Shown here: positions 50,401 to 63,060 of the stretch, piece after piece
Numbering within the stretch: position 1 is the first letter of the stretch
How the letters are laid out: every line of letters starts with the position of its first letter
DNA from: Basidiobolus meristosporus CBS 931.73
Lineage: Eukaryota > Fungi > Basidiobolomycota
DNA length: 64,000 nucleotides
Assembly: GCA_002104905.1 (NCBI GenBank)
Contig: MCFE01000499.1
Location: 1 to 64,000 of the forward strand
Reading direction: 5' to 3'
Program-made: the position numbers and the translations under genes
Notes under the pieces: model-generated
Database searches by the model: none
The model's input: only the letters and a program-made list of their open reading frames with translations
Told to the model about the DNA's origin: nothing

Positions 50401-51302
50401 CCTTTGAGTTCTTGATGATGTTACTTTGTCTGTCAGTGCAATTTCCACACTGTCCATAATGGAGACCATGGATGCTGTGGTAGACAAATTGCCTTTCTCT
50501 GCAAACTCATCTATCCCACTGGAGTGTAGCTCAACTGGCTGTGCTTGCAACTCTTGAGAAAACAACTGCATTCTTCTTGGTAATTCTTCTTGGCTATGAT
50601 GGGATTCAGTCTGTTCCAGGCTTACAGCTTTAACTGGCAAGAGCTGTAGCTTTTTCTCTTGCTTCCCTGTCACTGGCTTGGGTAGACTTTTTTCCCTTTT
50701 CCTTTTCCTTTATCACTGCCAGGACTTTTACTGCTACTTTGTCTGGGTGCCTCTTGTTAAGAGCTACATCTTCTCCTGGATAAATTCTGCTCCAACTCAT
50801 CTGTTTTGGCCTGCTTGTCCCTTGCTGGCACTCTTCTGGCAACCTGACATTTCTTTACCTCTTGTCTTGAGCTCTCAATTGTAGTTGTTGCAGGCTCATG
50901 TAAAAACCACAGGTATTTATCACTGCCAGGTCCTTCATTGCTACTTTGACTGAGTGCCTCTAGAGTGGTACTACCCTTTTTCCTTGATAAATGTTGTGCT
51001 GGTGCATCTGTGTCTGCCTGCTTGTCCCTAATTAGCACTCTTCCAGCTACCTGATGTCTCTTTGATGCTTGTCTGGAGCTTTGGCCCTGCTTGTAACCAG
51101 CTCTTGAGGAAGCTGCTGGTTTTTAGCTATGGCACCCTTGTTCTTCTGCCGTTGATAGTTACTGCATTCTTGGGATACTTTCTTAGTATACTAATGCTGG
51201 TCCAAGATCTGCTTGCCCCTTTGAATCCAGGATAATGCTCATGGAGCAAGTCAAGTGGATTCTGCTTAGCCTTGAGTTCCTGATGGTCCCATGGTATGCC
51301 AG
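50400..51302 (-). repeat. Second, partial copy of the extra ORF
   Basis: Colinear with ~45880-46800 (IRDKQADTDAPAQ.LSRKK.STT, GKFVY/TTASM blocks), with internal deletions. Confidence 0.8.
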
Positions 51303-52810
51303 ACTTCTAAGAGCCTTGTCTATATTAGCACACTTCTCATTATTACACTCAAGTGTTCCTCTTCTGTCTTTCTATATATCAATATGTCATCTAGGTAGTT
51401 TACCATAAGCATGTTTAAGTATTCCTGGAAGGCTGTTTGCATCAAGCTCATGAATGTTGCAGGGGCTTTGGTGAGGTCAAAAATGATGACTAAGTACTTG
51501 TAATGCTTATATCTGGTCCTGAATGCTGTTGTAGGGATGTCTTCTGGCTTCACCCTAATCTGGTTCTATCCAGACATTGGGTCAATCTTGGTAAATATGG
51601 TAGCACCATTTAGTTGGTCCAAAAGCTTATCAATCCAAGGTATGGGGTATTTATTCTTCACAGCTACTGAGTTGAGGGCTCTGTAGTCAATGCACATCCT
51701 GAGTGTTCCATCCTTCTCTTTCACAAAAAGTACTGGTGCTCCCCAAGGTGACTTGCTGAACCTGATATATCCTTACTCCAACAGCCAATCTATTTGTCTC
51801 TTCATCTCCTCCAACTCTAATCAACTCATTCTCTAAGATGTGTTACTCACTGGAGGGCTATCTCCTTCCTCAATGTCATGATCCATGTCACTGACTGGTG
51901 GTAGGCTTTCAAGCTCATCTGGATATACAACTGAATAATTCTTTAGAAGAGTCTAGTCCTTCTGGGGTACTGAAGTAGAGGAGTCCTCCTGTAATACTGC
52001 CATGACGTAAATCTGGGTACCTTTTCTAAGTGCTATACAGGACTGTGTCTTTGTTGGTTCATTTGTTTCACACACACAGGAATTGACCTACTTGAGATCC
52101 AGTCAGGCAGGTAATAGCTCATAGGTCTTGTTATCCTTCAGGATCTGAGTAGCATGGGCTCTCTAGTTGATTGATAGATTACTGCAAAATAGCCAGGTTT
52201 TTCCAAAAACAAGGTCATATTTGCAGTTCCCAAATATATAGGCCCATAGGTCTTCTTCATAGTTGTTATAATTTAATACATGAACACTTAAGTTAGATCA
52301 GTTTTTAGTCAAATTAATTAGTTGTGTATTTAACATTTCAGTATATAAGTTTTATCTACTAAATCAGTAGCATTAGTCAGCAAATGAATTAGCAGATCCT
52401 TATCAATCAGGAATAGATATATTAAGTAGGATCTTTTTGGGTGATGATGATGCAATCAAATGAGTTATCAGCCATAACCCACATTAGGAAATACATTTAG
52501 TCAGCAATTGATCTGGCAAAATGTATATAAGGAGCTGCATGAACCTCAATAAAAATCAGTCCAAGTTTTAGTGAATTCAGTACTAGCTAAACTCCCTATT
52601 CCTCTACAACTCTTATACTAAAATTTGTAACAGAGTCATTGATCTTTATCCTTACTGGCTGAGTAATAAAGCTGATAATATTAGAGTTCCCATCAGCAGT
52701 TGAGAATGAAATTTGGTGGGTTCTGAGTGGATTTCAGCTTTCAAAGTAAATTGCTCTGACATGTACTCATGCAATGCTCCTGTGTCAATCATGATCTTGG
52801 CAGGTACTCC
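51303..52810 (-). mobile_element. Gypsy protease-RT fragment (same family as 52811-54602), interrupted by solo LTR-D
   Basis: TTAFRTRYKHYKYL...VNYLDDILI; reverse complement of ~53890-54600. Confidence 0.8.
52264..52632 (+). repeat. Solo LTR-D (369 bp)
   Basis: TGTTATA...TGTAACA splits tcttcatagt|catt with an imperfect TSD (tagt/gagt). Its 3' end recurs at 52811-52854 directly before a PBS. Confidence 0.7.
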
Positions 52811-54602
52811 AAACTCCCTATTCCTCTACAACTCTTATGATAAGACTTGTAACATTGGTAGCAGCAATAACCAGAAACATCCCTCCTAAAGAAAGAAGAA
52901 GACTCCCTCAAGATGTCTAAAAATCAAGAACGGAAGAATGCTATGCAGCAAATCCTGGCCCACCAGCAACAGTTACTCCAGATCCTTGGCCAGCAGTAAT
53001 AAGGAATGAATACCATGACCCAACACCAGCAAAACCCTGTCAAGAGCAAGTTTAGTATGAAGGTCACCTGGTATCATGGTAGAGTCAATGAAAACCTGGC
53101 ACCTTGGCTCTTCCAGATTGAAGAAGCTTTCAACGCTAAGGGAATTGCTCCAGAAACCAAATTACATTATGCAGCCTCTTACCTTGCAGATGCAGCTTTA
53201 CAGTGGTACCACAACAGGATAAGGTCAGCCACAATGATGAGATGCTCCACAATCTCTACCTGGGATGAGTTTGTGTTGGAAATTCAGGATGCATTTGAGC
53301 CTCTACACCAGCAGACACTACTAAGAAGAAAGTTGAAGACACTAAGACAGAAATAAATGGTTCAAGAATACAACTCTAAATATAGATGTCTACTTGGATA
53401 AGCTGAAAGAATGAAACCCCATGATCAAGTGCAATACTTTGTTGATGAGTTGAAAGAAAGAACATGCAAAGAAGTGAATTATCAAAGACCCCAGACTATT
53501 GAAGAAGCCATTGAGATAACCATTGACTACGACTCAGCTATGTTTGGAGTTGGGAAGGCCACAATGACTAATCAGAGAGGCTACAATCACTATAAAAGAA
53601 GACAATCAGAAGCAGTGCCAATGTAAATAGGTGCTATGCAGAAATAGCCTACCTCAGAAGAATGTAAGAATCAAGGACTTTGCATCTATTACAACCAGCA
53701 GAGACATATTGCAAAGTACTGCCTCCAGGGAAGATATGAACACCAGGCATCAAGAACCTTCAATTGTATTGAAGCCCTTGAGCTTAGAAACATGGAGGAT
53801 GAACTTGAAGAAGACTCAGAACTTACCTTCCATATGACAGAAGAACACCTATCCCAGATGACCTCAAACTTAGGAAAGCTATTGTATTTGAATGGAGTAC
53901 CTGCCAAGATCATGATTGACTCAGGAGCATTGCATGAGTACATGTCAGAGCAATTTGCTCTGAAAGCTGGAATCAACTTGGAACCCACCAAGTCAACTTC
54001 AGTCTCAGCAGCTAAAGGGAATTCTCACATAATCAACTATATTACTCAGCCAGTAAGGACAAGGACCAATGACTATGAAGATGACAAACAGGCCTGTATA
54101 TTTGGGAACTGCAAGTTTGACCTTGTACTTGGATAAACTTGGCTATTTTGCTGTAATCCTTCAATCAACTGGAGAACCCATGCTACTCAGATCCAGAAGG
54201 ACAACAAGACCTATGAGATATTACCTGCCAGACTGGATTTCAGCTTGGTCAATTTCAGTGTGTGTGAAACAAGTGAGCTTAGAAAAACACAGTTCTGTAG
54301 AGCACTTAGAAATGGCACCCATATGTTTCTCAGGGCAGTATTGCAGGAGGGTTCCTCTACTCCAGTACCCCAGAGAGTCAAGACTCTTTTGAAGGAAAAT
54401 TAGATGTATTTCCCGATGAACTTGGAAGCCTACCACCAGGCAGAGACACAGATCAAGCCATTGAAACAGGAGATAGCCCTCCAGTGAGTAAGACACCTTA
54501 CAGAATGAGTCCATTGGAGTTGGAAGAGATGAAGAGACAAATAGATCACTGATTGGTGCAAGGATATATCAGACACAGCAAGTCATCATGAGGAGCACCA
54601 GT
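52811..54602 (+). mobile_element. 5' part of a gypsy element (LTR-D end, tRNA-iMet PBS TGGTAGCAG at 52856-52864, decayed gag-PR-RT start)
   Basis: WYHGRVNENLAPWLFQIEEAF...AASYLADAALQWY (gag); KIMIDSGALHEY (protease); multiple stops. Confidence 0.8.
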
Positions 54603-54972
54603 TGTCATGATCACATGACAACCATGAACACCCATGCCAAGTTTCAGCTTCCTAGCTCAATTTCTAAGAGATTTCTTCTGGAACCTTCTACCAACTAAGT
54701 TCCTGACCATTCCAAACCCTTGTTACACAATGGAACATTCCATGGAAGCTTCCCATTGTATTTTTCATAGTCCAGTACCATATATGGAAATACCAGGTCA
54801 TGTAACTTAGTCACATGATCAGGTGACCCAATCCATTTCCCCACCCTGTCTCAGTGCCTTGCCTTCTATATTATTATCCCCAGCACATTGCTGTGCCTCA
54901 CCCCACAACCCCATTAGTATTAGCCAATATCTCTTGGCATCAGTATAACCAAAAAGTATATATAGTCCCATC
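54603..54972 (+). repeat. Truncated LTR-B (5' ~370 bp)
   Basis: Colinear with 38175-38550, ending where LTR-A is inserted. Confidence 0.9.
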
Positions 54973-55321
54973 TGTTGTAAGAGTCTTGGAGATATTGGCA
55001 GTGATTGGGAGAACAAGTAGATTATGTGGTTTTCACTTAATGATTTATTGAATGTAAAAGTAGTATTTATACTTTTACCTGGTCTTGACATTACAAACAT
55101 GTAGAATAGGTTAAGGAAGGCCCCAAGAACATGTGTGCAAAGTTTGGGGCTGTTTGGACAACTCTGAGAATTTTCATGTTCTGGGTATCAGGTATTTTGG
55201 TAGTAATATTCTAAGTAAATCCCAACAAGGTATTTGGTCAGTATTCTCTAGGATTTGAGGGTAATAATCTAAGTGACTAAGTTAGGTGAATATTTAGGTG
55301 GAAATACAAATTTTTACAACA
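54973..55321 (-). repeat. Solo LTR-A (349 bp) with TSD CCATC/CTATC
   Basis: Reverse complement of the copia LTR; the flanks 54968-54972 and 55322-55326 differ by one C/T. Confidence 0.88.
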
Positions 55322-55326
55322 CTATC

Positions 55327-58300
55327 TGTGGTAATGGTAAGTATTCCATTACTACAATATCTTAAACCAATATTGCACTCATTTCTTAATTTTGCTTTTT
55401 GCTATCTTAACACACAAGTGAAAGATCAAGAATTTCCAACTTTGAAGAGCAAATGCTCCAGACCCTGACAAGCAATCCACCTAAGAATATTATGTCATAC
55501 AGAACACGTAGTAGCCAACACATGTTTCAAATTACAGCTCATTTGAAGCAGTACTTAAGGAGTTATGACCAAAAGAGTCTAACTATTATATATACTATGC
55601 CTTATTGCTAGGATTACTATGGTGACTTTGATTGCGTGTAACTTTTGAACCAGCCAATCAAATCACGCGATATTTTCACAGGTGCTGCGCCTATGTCCGA
55701 TCTGCGCCACTGCAGAATTTTAGCTCTGTATTGCGTGTATTGCTTGCGCAATTGCCCAAAAACTTTGATCCTTCAAAATTTTCATATATATGACTTCCCC
55801 AGCTGAAAAATAAAGAGAGAGCCTCTCTTTCCAGAATCTCCACACTACGATTACAAGTTTAAAGGTTATAAGACTTCCCCTGCATCACTTGCACTGTTGA
55901 GTATTCTGACTTTGATTGGTACTACATCAGTAAAGAGACTGCAAAGCTCACAAGAATCCAATCTAAGTTCTACAAGAAACTACCACTTTTCTGTCAGAAA
56001 AGTCCCCTCTAAGAAACCCCTTTACTCTAAAGACACCCCTTTAGACACCCCTTTAGTCTAAAGACCCCATTAGAGACCCCTTTAAGAAACCCCTTTACTC
56101 TAAAGAAGCCCCTTCAGGCACCCCTTTAGTGTAAAGTCCACTTTAGAGACCACTACAAGAAGCCCTTTACTCTAAAGATACCCCTTTAGACACCACTTTA
56201 GGTCTAAAGACCCCTTTAGAGACTTCTACAACGCACCCCTTCAGGTTAAAGGGGAGTTCAAATTTCCATATTAGGAAATATTTTCTCAGAAAGGAAAGTG
56301 ACTTCCAAATAAGGAAAAGTTACTATAAAAGTAAATAAGCCCATTAGTCAACAGAAGGTCAGAACACTGCTGTAGAAGTGATAAACACTGCCTACAGTAT
56401 ATTTTGAGCCCAAGATTGAGGAAATTAGTGAAAGTTATATCTTCTATCTGTATATCAAACTCCCAATAAACTATTTCAGTATTAGCATACTGGAGGTTGT
56501 TGTATATTGTTGATTAGCCTCTACATTATAGAACAAGCCCCAAACTAATCATAATACAACACAACAAGAATTTGGTGGAGGACCTGGGTAGTTTGAACCT
56601 TTCACTATACAAGCATCAAGAAACGTTACAAGAATGACCGGTACACCACTCCCAGAGTTAATAGCCACATTTAAAGGTGCCATTCCACTAAAATTATCAG
56701 GAGAGAATGTTACTGAGTTTCTAGAAGAGTTTAACAATATAGCTGCAGCATTTGAGCTATCACACAAGAACAAAATCCAGTTGTTTCCCTTTCTCTGTGA
56801 AGTTGAAGTATCAAGATTCTTACAAAGTTTGGACCCATTTAAGATATCTGTTGGCGCTAACTATAACTGGGACACTGCTCAACAAGCTATTTTAGCTGAA
56901 TACCAAAAAGAAGCACAGTTTGTTACACTAAATGAGCTAGAAATGCCTTATGACAAGACCCAACCCTTGCAGAAGTACATTCAAAAGTTTGAGTCAAAAG
57001 CAAGGCATGTTGAAGCAGCTATTGGAATTCCAAGATTTTATCAAAGAAACTATTTTCTGATGAATATGCCTCCTGAAATACATAATGCCATTTGCCACCA
57101 AGTTCAGGCTACAAGCTCCTACAACAATGTTAAACAAATGGTGTTAAACTATCAATCAGGGAGACAAGTCATGGATTCCATTAATATTCAAATGAAGATT
57201 TCCACTCCAGCTAAACAAATTCTTCATCATACAAATAACCCACAAAGTGATCAGGTTAATGAATTGATTGATGCATTAGGAAAACTGACGCTTAAGTTGG
57301 ACTCTCAAAGTGTACCATCATCAAGCATCAACAAGGCAAGACCAGAAAATCCCAAAATAACCAGTAATTATCCACAGCAAACCAAATATTGTGTGTACTG
57401 TGAATCTGCTGAGCATAGCCGTTATGGTTGTCAAATATTGATTATTGATATTAACAGTCATAAGGTTATGATTGATTGTTATGGGAAGATCTGTGATATT
57501 GCTAGAAACCCCTTGCCTATCAACAGAGGTTATGGTGGAATGAGGTCCTATGTACTTGCTCAAGAAGAATCAAGTAAAAGCACCAAGACATCAAATTTCA
57601 TACAAATCCAAAAGACTGCAGAAATTCCAAGCAATGAACGTTACGTACTAACAATATCAGATCCATCAGGGCAGGTCCAAGAATATCTAATGGAAAAAGA
57701 GGAAGTTGAAGAGTCTAATTGCCTGATTGATAAGAGAAAGTATGTTTCTACAGAGAACAATCCTAAAAAAGTGCGTACCGACAAAAGAAATCAGCCAATT
57801 GTTGAAATACCAGTACAGCCAGAAACATCAAAAATCCAAAAAGAACACTTGCAACCTCAATTTAAGTATGACACTACTGCAATTACACAGAAAGTTATTG
57901 ACAAATTCTGGAAATCTCCATTTCCACAACTTACAAATCAAGAAATGTTCACCGCCATCAACAATCTCAGTCAACTACTACCAGAAATGGTTAAGCCTAT
58001 GGACAAAGATATCCTGAAGAATTATCAAGAACAGTCATCAATAACGTCATCAAGTGAACAACTACAATTTGAAGTGGAAAAAGCCTTTTACTCTATAACA
58101 ACAGGAAGCTATGCTGCTACAATCAACAATGTTGAAGTGGAATGTGTTTTTGATTCTGGATCAGAAATCAATGCTATCACCGCTATGACTTTTGAAAAAA
58201 TCAAATTGCCATTGACAGAAGTTGACTGGAATATGAGAACTGCTACAGGTGCAACAGAGAAGATGCTTGGACTTTGTCACTCTGTACCAATTGAAATTGG

Positions 58301-61273
58301 AGGAATCAGGGTTACTTCTCCCTTTTCATTGTTGCCAATGGACCCACATTTGAGGTATTGTTGGGACGACCATATGAGAGAAAATCTCTTCTACAAGCTG
58401 ATAATAGACCTGATGGAAGCTTATGGCTGACAATCACATCTGACAATCAAAAAAGAAGGGCAACCTTTTGTGCAGCAGAAGGGAATAATCCAAGAAATGC
58501 AGACACCATTCCAGTACAAAACATACCGGTTCATAAGGATATTTTGTTTTATGATCAACACTTCATTCCATCAACAACAAGTAAGACAAATACCAAGTAT
58601 AAGCCAGTTGCATTGAAAGCAAAGCCAGTATCTACTGGAATCTCACCATCTGCCCACAACAATCCTCAAATGGAGCCTTTGCACAAATATAACAAAATCA
58701 GACTCACAGAAGAGAAGCTCAAGGACTTGGCTATTGGGACTACTCTTTCCACTGAGGAGAAAAGTCTCTTTTTGACTATGCTACAACGCTATGACAATGT
58801 CTTTGCATTTACTGATGCACAAAGAGGATGTTTATCCACAGAGCTATTTCCACCGGTTAAGATCCATACCGTTGAACATACACCATGGGCACTGAGATCA
58901 TATCCTATTCCCTCAAGATTACTGAGCAAAGTAATTGAAATGCTACAATCAAGATTTCAAAGTGGAGTCATTGAATATAGCTATGGACCTTATTGCAATC
59001 CCTGGTTTACACCGTTGAAGAAAAATGGAAGTCTACGGTTTATTCAAGACGTACAGCATTTGAATAAGGTCACCATCAAAGATGCTATGCAACCACCCAT
59101 ACAACATGAGTACATTGAGTCATTTACTGGATATCCTCTGATTACAACATTGGATCTTTATTCAGGATATGTCCAAATACTTGTGGATCCTACCTCAAGA
59201 GATTTCACCGCTATGGATACACCAATAGGACTCATAAGGATGACAAGAATTCCTCAAGGATGGACAAACTCTGTCCAAAATTATCAACATGCAATGATTC
59301 GAGTTTTGGATGACTGTTTCCCTGAGATATGCCAACCATTTCTTGACAACATTGCAGTTAAGAATAAGTCCAGAGAAAAAGATACATCGCATGTCTTACC
59401 TCAAGTAAGAAGATATGTTTATGATCACATATGCACTGTTGAGAGGGTCATGAAGAAACTTCAAGCTTCTGGTCTGACTGTATCAGGAGCCAAATGCAAG
59501 TTTGGCTACGACAAAGCAATCATTCTAGGTGAACTTGTTACTGAAAAAGGGAGATTGCCTGATCCTGCAAAACTTTCATCGGCACTGAATTGGAAGCCAC
59601 CAAGGAATATTCATCAAGTCAGACAATTATTAGGACTTACTGGTCTATCCAGAATCTGGATCAAGAACTATGCTCAAATTGCTAAGCCACTGACTCAATT
59701 ATTACAGAAAAACCAGAAATTTGAATGGCATGAAGAACAGGCAAATGCTATGTCCACATTGCTTGAGTCATTATCAAAGCCACCTGTCTTAGCAGCTATA
59801 GACTACAGTGTTATTGATTCACAACCAATCATTGTATCAGTTGATAGCTCTGGAATTGGGGTTGGTGGAATCATGATTCAAGTTTCAAAAGATCATCATC
59901 AACAACCTTGCAAATATCTTAGTAGACTATTCAAAGGGAATGAGCTTAACTATCCATCTATCAAGAAAGAAGCACTGGGAGTACTCTATGTACTCAAAAA
60001 GCTAAAGCCATACTTATTACGAGTACACTTCACACTGGAGGTTGATGCCAAGCCATTATTAGAAATGCTGAATAAGTTGGAGCTTTTGCCTGATCCTATT
60101 CTAGCACGGTGGATATCATACATCCAGATCTTTGACTTTACGCTGCAACACATACCAGGAGCCAATCACAAAGGACCTGATGCCTTATCTAGAAAGCAAC
60201 CAAATTCACCATACTCAACTGATGATGATGAGATTGATGAGTTCCTTGAAAACACTAGTCTTGGATTCTCATTCAGACATATGATACAAAGCAATTATCA
60301 ACAAATCAAGGAATTTCTTACATCACTCAAAGTTCCTGCTGATATTCCCACAAATCAACACACAAATTTTAAAAAGAAGGCTCTGAAGTTTATACTGCAT
60401 GACGGCACACTTATCAGAAAAAGCAAACATGGAATTCCTTGACGGTATATACATAACAAGCATGATCAAGAGAAGATCATTCAAGAATTGCATGAATCTG
60501 AATCAGGAGGTCATAAGGGAATTACATCAACATATGCAAAAATCTCTTTACGGTATTTTTGGCCAACGCTTTACACCAACACAAAAGAATATGTGAAATC
60601 ATGTATTCCATGTCAAAGAAGAGACAACCAAAAGATGCATGAACCACTTCACAGTATATACACATCTTATGCTTGGCAAATTGCACATGTAGATATTATA
60701 CATTTACCAAGGGCAACAGCTGGGTATAAGTATGTGGTGGACTGTTGTGATAACTTTACTGGTTGGATAGAGGCTAGAATGCTGAAACAAGCCAATGCAA
60801 AAGCAGTAGCAAGATTTCTCAAAGAAGATGTATATCTCAGACATGGTTCAGTTGGCACCCTTATTGCAGACAATGGAGAATGTGGATCTTATGAAATACA
60901 AGCACTAGCGACAAAGCATGGAACCAAGCTTATACATACTACACCATATCACCCACAAGCAAATTCACCAGTTGAACGTGGACATTCTGCTTTTGCAAAC
61001 ACATTAGCAAAGCTTAGCTATGAAGAACCCAACAAATGGGCAAATAACTTTCATGCAGCAATTTGGTCTGATAGAGTCACGGTTAAAAGAAGTACAGGGT
61101 ATACACCATTTTTTTTAATATATGGACATGAAGCTGTTTTGCCGATAGACATATCTTTTGAGAATTGGCTTACCCTCACATGAAAACCAACCATGACAAC
61201 ATCAGAGCTATTGCTAGCAAGAGTACAACAGATTCAACAAGCACACACTCTGCAACAGAATGCAATAGTGTTC
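55327..61273 (+). mobile_element. 3'-truncated Ty3/gypsy element with 5' LTR-C (55327-56566), PBS TGGTGGAG (56573-56580, tRNA-Ala-like), gag-PR ORF 56634-58430 and pol 58358-61183
   Basis: CVYCESAEHSRYGC knuckle; VFDSGSE protease; frameshift inside the protease near 58320; RT PQGWTNS...FLDNI; RH VSVDSSG...EVDAKPL; IN GGHKG...CIPC...VDIIHLP...ADNG...PVERGH; in-frame TGA at 60440-60442. Confidence 0.9.
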
Positions 61274-61319
61274 CTACTGATTAGTCCTAATTTTGACCTA
61301 AGATATTCAAACTTGTCTC

Positions 61320-62563
61320 TGTGGTAATGGAAAGTATTCCATTACTACAATATCTCTAAACCAATATTGCACTCATTTCTTTATTTTGCTTTTTGCTATT
61401 GTAACACACAAGAGAAAGATCAAGAATTTCCAACTTTGAAGAGCAAATGCTCCAGACCCTGACAAGCAATCCACCCAAGAATATTATGTCATACAGAACA
61501 CGTAGTAGCCAACACATGTTTCAAATTACAGCTCATTTGAAGCAGTACTTAAGGAGTTATAACCAAAAGAGTCCAACTATTATATATACTATGCCTTATT
61601 GCTAGGATTACTATGGTGACTTTGATTGCGTGTAACTTTTGAACCAGCCAATCAAATCACGTGAAATTTTCACAGGTGCTGCGCCTATGTCCGATCTGCG
61701 CCACTGCAAAAATTTTAGCTTCGTATCACATGTATTGCTTGCGCAATCGCCCAAAAACTTTGATCCTTCAAAATTTTCATATATATGACTTCCCCAGCTG
61801 AAAAATATAGAGAGAGCCTCTCTTTCCAGAATCTCCACACTACAATTACAAGTTTAAAGGTTATAAGACTTCCCCTGCATCACTTGCACTGTTGAGTATT
61901 CTGACTTTGATCGGTACTACATCAGTAAAGAGACTGCAAAGCTCACAAGAATCCAATCTAAGTTCTACAAGAAACTACCACTTTTCTGTCGGAAAAGTCC
62001 CCTCTGAGAAACCCCTTTACTCTAAAGACACCCCTTTAGACACCCCTTTAGTCTAAAGACCCCTTTAGAGACCCCTCTAAGAAACCCCTTTACTCTAAAG
62101 AAGCCCCTTTAGGCACCCCTTTAGTGTAAAGTCCACTTTAGAGACTACTACAAGAAGCCCCTTTACTCTAAAGACACCCCTTTAGACACCCCTTTAGGTC
62201 TAAAGACCCCTTTAGAGACTTCTACAACACACCCCTTTAGGTCAAAGGGGAGTTCAGAATTTCCATATTAGGAAATATTTTCTCTCAAAGGAAAGTGACT
62301 TCCAAATAAGGAAAATTTACTATAAAAGTAAATAAGCCCATTAGTCAACAGAAGGTCAGAACACTGCTGTAGAAGTGATAAACACTGCCTACAGTATATT
62401 TTGAGCCCAAGATTGAGGAAATTAGTGAAAGTTATATCTTCTATCGGTATATCAAACTCCCAATAAACTATTTCAGTATTAGCATACTGGAAGTTGTTGT
62501 ATATTGTTGATTAGCCTCTACATTGTAGAACAAGCCCCAAACTAATCATAATACAACACAACA
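61320..62563 (+). repeat. Solo LTR-C (1244 bp), 4-bp TSD TCTC
   Basis: TCTC at 61316-61319 and 62564-62567; the copia RNase H sequence is continuous across the insertion. Confidence 0.92.
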
Positions 62564-62687
62564 TCTCTAGCTAATGGTTTGGTAAATATGCCTGCAATCA
62601 TTTCATCTGTAGGACAGTAAACTAAGCTAACTAAGTTATTCTCTATAGCTTCATGTATGAAATGATGTCCAATATCTATGTGCTTGG

Positions 62688-63060
62688 TGTGAGTACTAAA
62701 TACAGACCCACTCTTTGCCCAGGAGTTCTCCTCAGAGTCCTACCCAAAGTCCCCCAGTATCCTCCCTATGATTCCCCCACATGCCCTCCCTCCTATCCCT
62801 GCCCTTATCTAGTTAGAACACTTACTATAACAGGAAGGTGTTCACACCCCTATTTTATAACATATTGTCTATTATCTAAGCCCCCAAGTGATATAAATCT
62901 ACCCAATTGAACCAAGTAAGAGAACAAGGAGTTTTGGGACAAAATAAACACAAGTCTTTATTACCTTGCTACCTTCTATCAGAAGCTATTCTGAACCAAG
63001 TGGTACTGACTTGACCTACAAGCTTGCCCACTCACCAAGTACAGTCATTAATAACCCACA
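62688..63060 (+). repeat. Solo LTR-E (373 bp), 5-bp TSD CTTGG
   Basis: TGTG...CACA termini; CTTGG at 62683-62687 and 63061-63065; interrupts the RTKHID codons of copia RNase H. Orientation is inferred only from AATAAA at ~62944. Confidence 0.85.

Noticed and set aside
58312-58330. CCCTTTT near the ORF1/pol overlap of the LTR-C element as a programmed -1 frameshift
   Set aside because: The heptamer is not in X XXY YYZ phase with ORF1 and the shift falls inside the protease (FIV...FEVLLGRP). A 1-nt deletion in the T run is simpler.
55327-62563. LTR-C copies at 55327 and 61320 as the two ends of one full-length gypsy element
   Set aside because: The 61320 copy has its own TCTC TSD on both sides and sits inside continuous copia RNase H sequence, so it is an independent solo LTR.
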